DNA of 64,000 bases from a virus (Duplodnaviria > Caudoviricetes): IMG/VR virus record IMGVR_UViG_3300000439_000004, positions 64,001 to 128,000 of that record; one strand, written 5' to 3'. A model generated the notes under the pieces. It did not search any database. It was not told where the DNA came from and saw only the letters and a program-made list of their open reading frames with translations. Positions 59,389-64,000 of this stretch are shown in pieces. Position 1 is the stretch's first letter; each line of letters opens with the position of its first letter. The translations under genes were made by a program, and so were the position numbers.

Positions 59389-60901
59389 ATGAAGATAGAA
59401 TTAAAATGTAAAAATTGTAATGAGTCATTTATGACTGATTTTAAATTTAGAGATAAAAGTTTTTGTAATAGAAAATGTTATTTTGAGTATGCAAATGAAA
59501 ATAAGTTACTGGGTAATAAGAAAGATGAATCAGTAAGGGAGAAGAGAATTTGTGTTCAATGTGGAGATGAATTTTTGGAGAGAAAAAAATATGAAAGAAA
59601 ATTATGTTCTGAAAAATGTAGAAAAGAATGGAATATTACTGAGGATAATAAAAATGACAGAATAAAAAAATCAAAAGAATCGATGATTAATAAATATGGT
59701 GTTGATTGTCATTTTAAAACTAATGATTTTAAACTTAATGTTAAAAATTTAATGTTTGAAAAACATGGTGTTTATCACCCAATGGAAAAAAAAGAATTTG
59801 TTGATAAATTAAAAAATACCTTTCGTGAAAATCATTTACCAAAATTAATACAGGAATTAAAAATAAATAATATAGAATTAATTGATGATTACATAAACAA
59901 TAAAGATAAAAATACAAGTAGAACATATAATTTTAAATGTTTAAAATGTGATAATATATTTTCAAGTACATTATTAGGTTCTGGTAAAATACCTATTTGT
60001 AGAAAATGTTATCCAATAATTAAAAATTCATCTATAGAAGTCTTTATTAAATGAAAACCAAATAACACATGTAGATGGTAATAGAAAAATTTTAAATGGT
60101 AAAGAAATTGATATTTTAATTAAAGAAAAAAATATTGGGTTCGAAATAAATGGTAATTATTATCATTCAGAAATAAGTGGAGAAAAAGACAAAAATTATC
60201 ATATTAATAAAAGTAAAATATGTTATGATAATAATATCAAATTAATACATATATATGAAGATGAAATAATGTTAAAATTTCCGATAGTTAAATCTAGAAT
60301 TAAAAATATATTGGGAATTTCTGAAAATAAAATATATGGTAGGAAATGTATTGTTAAAGAAATCGATAAAAAAACGGCATCTAATTTTTTAGATAAAAAT
60401 CACATACAAGGTAATTGTGTCGATAAAATTAGATTAGGTTTATTTTATGAAAACACATTGGTTTCTATTATGACATTTTCAAATAAAAGAAAAGTATTAG
60501 GTAATAAATCCGCAATAAATGAATTTGAATTAATACGATTTTGTAATATAGTTGATTCAAATGTAATTGGATCATTTTCAAAATTATTGAATTATTTTAT
60601 TAACAATTTTTCACCAAATAAAATTATTACATACGCAGATATTAGATGGTCAGGTTTAAATCCTGAAAGTACAATATACAAAAAATATGGTTTTAAATTT
60701 ATAGGTACAACACCACCAAATTATTGGTATTTAAATAGAGAAAATTATTTAAATAGATACCATCGTTTTAATTTTAGAAAAGATATTTTATTAAAAGAAG
60801 GATTTAATAAAATTCAAACAGAATGGGAAATTATGAAATTAAAAAATTATGATAGAATTTGGGATTGTGGATCAATGAAATTTGAACTAAATTTATTATA
60901 A
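59389..60901 (+). pseudogene. Frameshifted Hef-like/Vsr-type homing endonuclease with Zn fingers
   Basis: ORF 59389..60054 continues in the +1 frame from ~60047 (LNENQ...EIDI...GFEINGNYYHS...LIHIYEDE) into ORF 60269..60901 (YGRKC, NHIQG, ELIRFC, YADIRWS, IWDCG). Confidence 0.8.
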
Positions 60902-60921
60902 CACCAATAGGTGACTCATTT

Positions 60922-60958
60922 AAAAAAGACCTTGATTTATTTCAAGGTCTTTTTTTTT
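60922..60958 (+). terminator. Intrinsic terminator
   Basis: AAAAAAGACCTTGA/TCAAGGTCTTTTTT. Confidence 0.85.
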
Positions 60959-60977
60959 ACTTTTTTTTATATAAAAT

Positions 60978-61124
60978 ACTAGAACTAGATATACTAGAAC
61001 TAGATATACTAGATATACTAGAACTAGATATACTAGAACTAGATATACTAGAACTAGATATACTAGAACTAGATATACTAGAACTAGATATACTAGAACT
61101 AGATATACTAGAACTAGATATACT
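60978..61124. repeat. Intergenic 15-bp tandem array (ACTAGAACTAGATAT), 9 full copies plus one 9-bp partial
   Basis: Read directly from the sequence. Confidence 0.95.
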
Positions 61125-61239
61125 GGGTACCTAGCAAATATAAATAAAAAAATTCAAATAAAAAAGTCTTTTTTAAAAAAAAATAAAAATCAACATATTT
61201 ATAATAAAAAGAATAAAAGAATTAAAACAATAAAATAAA

Positions 61240-61728
61240 ATGGCAGATTTATTAATGAAAATGCCGGTTCCTTATGAACCGAAGAGAGTTAACCGATTTA
61301 TATTAAGATTTCCAAGTTCATTAGGAATCAATGAATGGTTTGTAACGTCTACATCAAGACCTAAAGCAAAAATTAATTCAGTTGAAATACCTTTTATCAA
61401 TACATCAACATTTGTTGCTGGTAGATTTAATTGGGAAGAAATGCAAGTGACTTTCAAAGATCCAATCGGACCTTCTGCAGCTCAAGCGTTAATGGAATGG
61501 TTTCGTTTACATGCGGAATCAGTAACAGGTCGTATGGGTTATGCTGCTGGATATAAAAAAGATATTGAACTTGAAATGTTAGATCCAACAGGTGTTGTAG
61601 TTGAAAAATGGATACTTCAAGGTACATTTATGACTGGATTCGATGGTCAGAACTTAGATTACTCAAGAGACGAACTTGCAACTATTCAAGTAGGTTTACG
61701 TCCGGATAGATGTATATTAGTTTATTAG
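61240..61728 (+). CDS. Tail tube protein (gp19-like)
   Basis: EPKRVNRF, AGRFNW, YKKDIELEMLD, W.L.G.F, LDYS; follows the sheath gene. Confidence 0.9.
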   Translation: MADLLMKMPVPYEPKRVNRFILRFPSSLGINEWFVTSTSRPKAKINSVEIPFINTSTFVAGRFNWEEMQVTFKDPIGPSAAQALMEWFRLHAESVTGRMGYAAGYKKDIELEMLDPTGVVVEKWILQGTFMTGFDGQNLDYSRDELATIQVGLRPDRCILVY

Positions 61729-61802
61729 TTTTATACAAAAATATATCTATCGGGTTTACATTTTACTATTATTTCCATATATTTATCTAAAAAGGTAGAT
61801 AT

Positions 61803-62708
61803 ATGGAAATTTTTATTTGTAAGATATGTAAAAAAGAGTTTAATAGTTTATTAGGTGTTTCAAATCATTCTAATAGATTTCATGGTATAAGTCCTAAAAT
61901 GACTTATGTTGATTTTGTTTTAAATAATATAGAACCTAAATGTGAATGTGGTTGTGGTGAAAAAACAAAATTTTTAACTATAAATAAAGGTTTTAGTAAG
62001 TTTATTTCCGGGCATAATAGTTCCACATCAAATAATAACTTTCATAAAAATCCTGAAAGTAAAATTAAATCAGCTAAGACACAATCTGAAAATTGGAGTA
62101 AAGGTATGTATCGTAGATGGTGGGAAGAGGATACTGAAGATACTAAACAAAAAATTGAAGGGATAAAAGAAAAATTAAGAAACGATAAAGTAAGAGGTAA
62201 AAAAATATCTGATAAATTATCAGGTGTACCTAAAACAGAAGAAAGTAAAATTAAAAATTCATTATCTCAAATTGAGAGATATAAAAATAATCCGCAATTA
62301 AAAATTGATGCGTCTAAAAGAAAATTAATTTGGATGAGAAATAATTCAAAAGTTAAAACATCTAAATTAGAAATTATTTTCTCTAAAATTTTAGATAATC
62401 TTGGTTTAATAAAAGATGTTGATTATATACATAATCATTTAATATATGAAATTAAAACTTTTTTTGATTTTTATTTTATCAATAAAAAAATATTAATTGA
62501 AGTTGATGGTGATTTTTATCATTGTAATCCAAATAGTAAATTTTCAATTCCAAAATACGAAATACAAAATAAAAACATATCAAACGATAAAAGAAAAAAT
62601 ACATGGTGTAAAAATCATAATATTACATTACTTCGTTATTGGGAAAAAGATATAAACGAAAACCCTGAATATATAATAAAAGATTTAAAAGAAAAATTAG
62701 ACATTTAA
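61803..62708 (+). CDS. Free-standing Vsr/DUF559-like homing endonuclease
   Basis: C2H2 finger, CECGCG, FDFY...IEVDGDFYHCNP...LLRYWE. Confidence 0.82.
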   Translation: MEIFICKICKKEFNSLLGVSNHSNRFHGISPKMTYVDFVLNNIEPKCECGCGEKTKFLTINKGFSKFISGHNSSTSNNNFHKNPESKIKSAKTQSENWSKGMYRRWWEEDTEDTKQKIEGIKEKLRNDKVRGKKISDKLSGVPKTEESKIKNSLSQIERYKNNPQLKIDASKRKLIWMRNNSKVKTSKLEIIFSKILDNLGLIKDVDYIHNHLIYEIKTFFDFYFINKKILIEVDGDFYHCNPNSKFSIPKYEIQNKNISNDKRKNTWCKNHNITLLRYWEKDINENPEYIIKDLKEKLDI

Positions 62709-62737
62709 TTTTTTATACATATTTTATTAAATTATAC

Positions 62738-62768
62738 AAATTCCCATATTTTATATGGGAATTTTTTT
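62738..62768 (+). terminator. Intrinsic terminator
   Basis: AAATTCCCATAT/ATATGGGAATTT plus T run. Confidence 0.75.
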
Positions 62769-62821
62769 ATTTATAACAAAATTCTTTACTTTCAACTATA
62801 TATTAATTAAATTAATGTATT

Positions 62822-63562
62822 ATGGAAGAATTAAGAATTGACCCAAGTATTATGTACGATGTCGTACCGTTACCTTCACAAGGTATTCATTATGAAAATA
62901 AGAAAAAAAGTGTAAGAGTTGCATATCTAACCGCAGCAGATGAAAACATTTTAATGTCACCAAATTTATTACAGAGTGATACTGTTGTAAATGAATTACT
63001 AAAAAGAAAAGTTTTAGATAGAGACTTAGATTTAGAAGAATTGGTTGATGAAGATAAACAAGCAATTTTATTATTTTTAAGAAACACTGCATTTGGTAGT
63101 GAATATAAAGTAAAATTAAATGATCCAAAGACAGATAAAGTTTTTGAAGCTGTTTTAGATGTATCCGTATTGAAAACTAAGGAATTAAATTTAGTTCCTG
63201 ATGAAAAGGGTGAATTTGAATATTATTTACCAATATCAAAGAAAACTGTTAAGTTTAAATTCTTAAATAAAAAACAAGAATTAGAATTAGATAAAATTAG
63301 AAATGGTGGTGGGGTTGTACCTATTAATACCAAGAAATTAGAATTTATGATTAAGTCAATTGATGGAGATAGAAATCAAATGACAATATATCAATTTATT
63401 CAAATTATGCCAATCAAAGATTCACAAGACTTCAAGAAGTTTGTAGATGAAAATAAACCAGGTTTAGATTTAATTGTTGAAACAATAGCCCCATCAGGAG
63501 AAAAAGTCCCAGTTTATGTCGACTTTGGGGTAGAATTTTTTCGTCCTTTCTACGGAATATAA
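62822..63562 (+). CDS. Baseplate hub/tail assembly chaperone (gp26-like)
   Basis: LPSQG..Y, LTAADENIL, D...ILLFLR..AFG..Y, LP.SKK.V.FK, EFFRP. Confidence 0.65.
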   Translation: MEELRIDPSIMYDVVPLPSQGIHYENKKKSVRVAYLTAADENILMSPNLLQSDTVVNELLKRKVLDRDLDLEELVDEDKQAILLFLRNTAFGSEYKVKLNDPKTDKVFEAVLDVSVLKTKELNLVPDEKGEFEYYLPISKKTVKFKFLNKKQELELDKIRNGGGVVPINTKKLEFMIKSIDGDRNQMTIYQFIQIMPIKDSQDFKKFVDENKPGLDLIVETIAPSGEKVPVYVDFGVEFFRPFYGI

Positions 63563-63686
63563 GAAATATCAATTAACGATTCAGAATTTTTTAATAAGAC
63601 ATGGTTATACTTATCATGATTTTTTAATAATACCAATTCATGAAAGAACCAATATTGTTAATCAATTATTGGATGATGAAAATTAA
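63534..63686 (+). CDS. Start-less gp51-like chaperone extension in the +1 frame
   Basis: ...LSTEYKKYQLTIQNFLIRHGYTYHDFLIIPIHERTNIVNQLLDDEN*; no ATG or GTG in frame. Confidence 0.55.
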   Translation, partial: NFFVLSTEYKKYQLTIQNFLIRHGYTYHDFLIIPIHERTNIVNQLLDDEN

Positions 63687-63716
63687 TTAAGAACTATTTA
63701 TTTTTAAAGAAATTAT

Positions 63717-64000
63717 ATGGCAGATGATTTAAAATCAACGATTGAAAAAATTATTAAAAGTTCAAAAAATGCAGAAGATGCAACACAAAAAGTAATTTTA
63801 CAAAAAAAGGCATATAATGCTGCAAATCCGAATAATACTGTAAAAACAGAATTAACGTATGAAGAAAATCAATTAATTGCTGAAAAACATTTAAAGACAA
63901 ATGGTAATGTACAGAAAAGTCTTACAGATAGCATATCAAGTGCTTTTATTGACACAAAATCAAATGAATCAGGAAGGGTAAAGTTTAGTGATTTTACAAA
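63717..64000 (+). CDS. 3'-truncated ORF, possibly tape measure or other tail protein
   Basis: ATG 63717 after a TATTTAT motif, open to the window end; function from position only. Confidence 0.45.
   Translation, partial: MADDLKSTIEKIIKSSKNAEDATQKVILQKKAYNAANPNNTVKTELTYEENQLIAEKHLKTNGNVQKSLTDSISSAFIDTKSNESGRVKFSDFT

Noticed and set aside
60978-61124. CRISPR array
   Set aside because: Units are contiguous with no spacers, and no cas genes are in the window
701-63128. Short antisense or alternate-frame ORFs in the track (e.g. 10861, 14495, 16449, 29924, 31929, 34850, 39497, 51405, 62850)
   Set aside because: They shadow well-supported genes and show no recognisable motifs
1-64000. Stop-codon reassignment (TAG or TGA)
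   Set aside because: Long genes read intact in code 11, TAG ends conserved genes (20239, 61728), and coding after TGA 60052 continues in another frame
1-64000. tRNA or rRNA genes
   Set aside because: No cloverleaf or rRNA-like GC-rich segment seen in the short intergenic regions; not checked by covariance search

Overview
Very AT-rich segment of a large T4-like (myovirus-type) phage genome, most likely infecting Bacteroidota. The host call rests on TTTG-N19/20-TAnnTTTG promoters, A-rich leaders without Shine-Dalgarno sites and a Bacteroidota-like bS21 gene. The window carries the head module (terminase, portal, prohead protease, scaffold, major capsid), a gp55-like sigma factor, glycosyltransferase and nucleotide-metabolism genes, family B DNA polymerase, an SNF2 helicase, and neck, sheath, tube and tail-chaperone genes. 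It is heavily invaded: I count 10 inteins in 8 genes, five free-standing homing endonuclease genes (one frameshifted) and three endonuclease relics. Two inteins are naturally split: an atypically split one in TerL (31-aa IntN, 108-aa IntC) and one fracturing dUTPase around a Vsr-like endonuclease gene. Two others are class 3, one starting with Phe. Other notable signals: a GIY-YIG cassette that appears to carry a recoded replacement of its target gene start; a recurring TATTTAT motif (reverse complement of the T4 late promoter) before late genes; modular putative capsid-internal proteins sharing N- and C-terminal tags and L/I-x-E junctions; a 15-bp CTAG-rich tandem array; and a candidate +1/-2 frameshift in the tail assembly chaperone. 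All calls come from motif recognition by eye; no searches were run.
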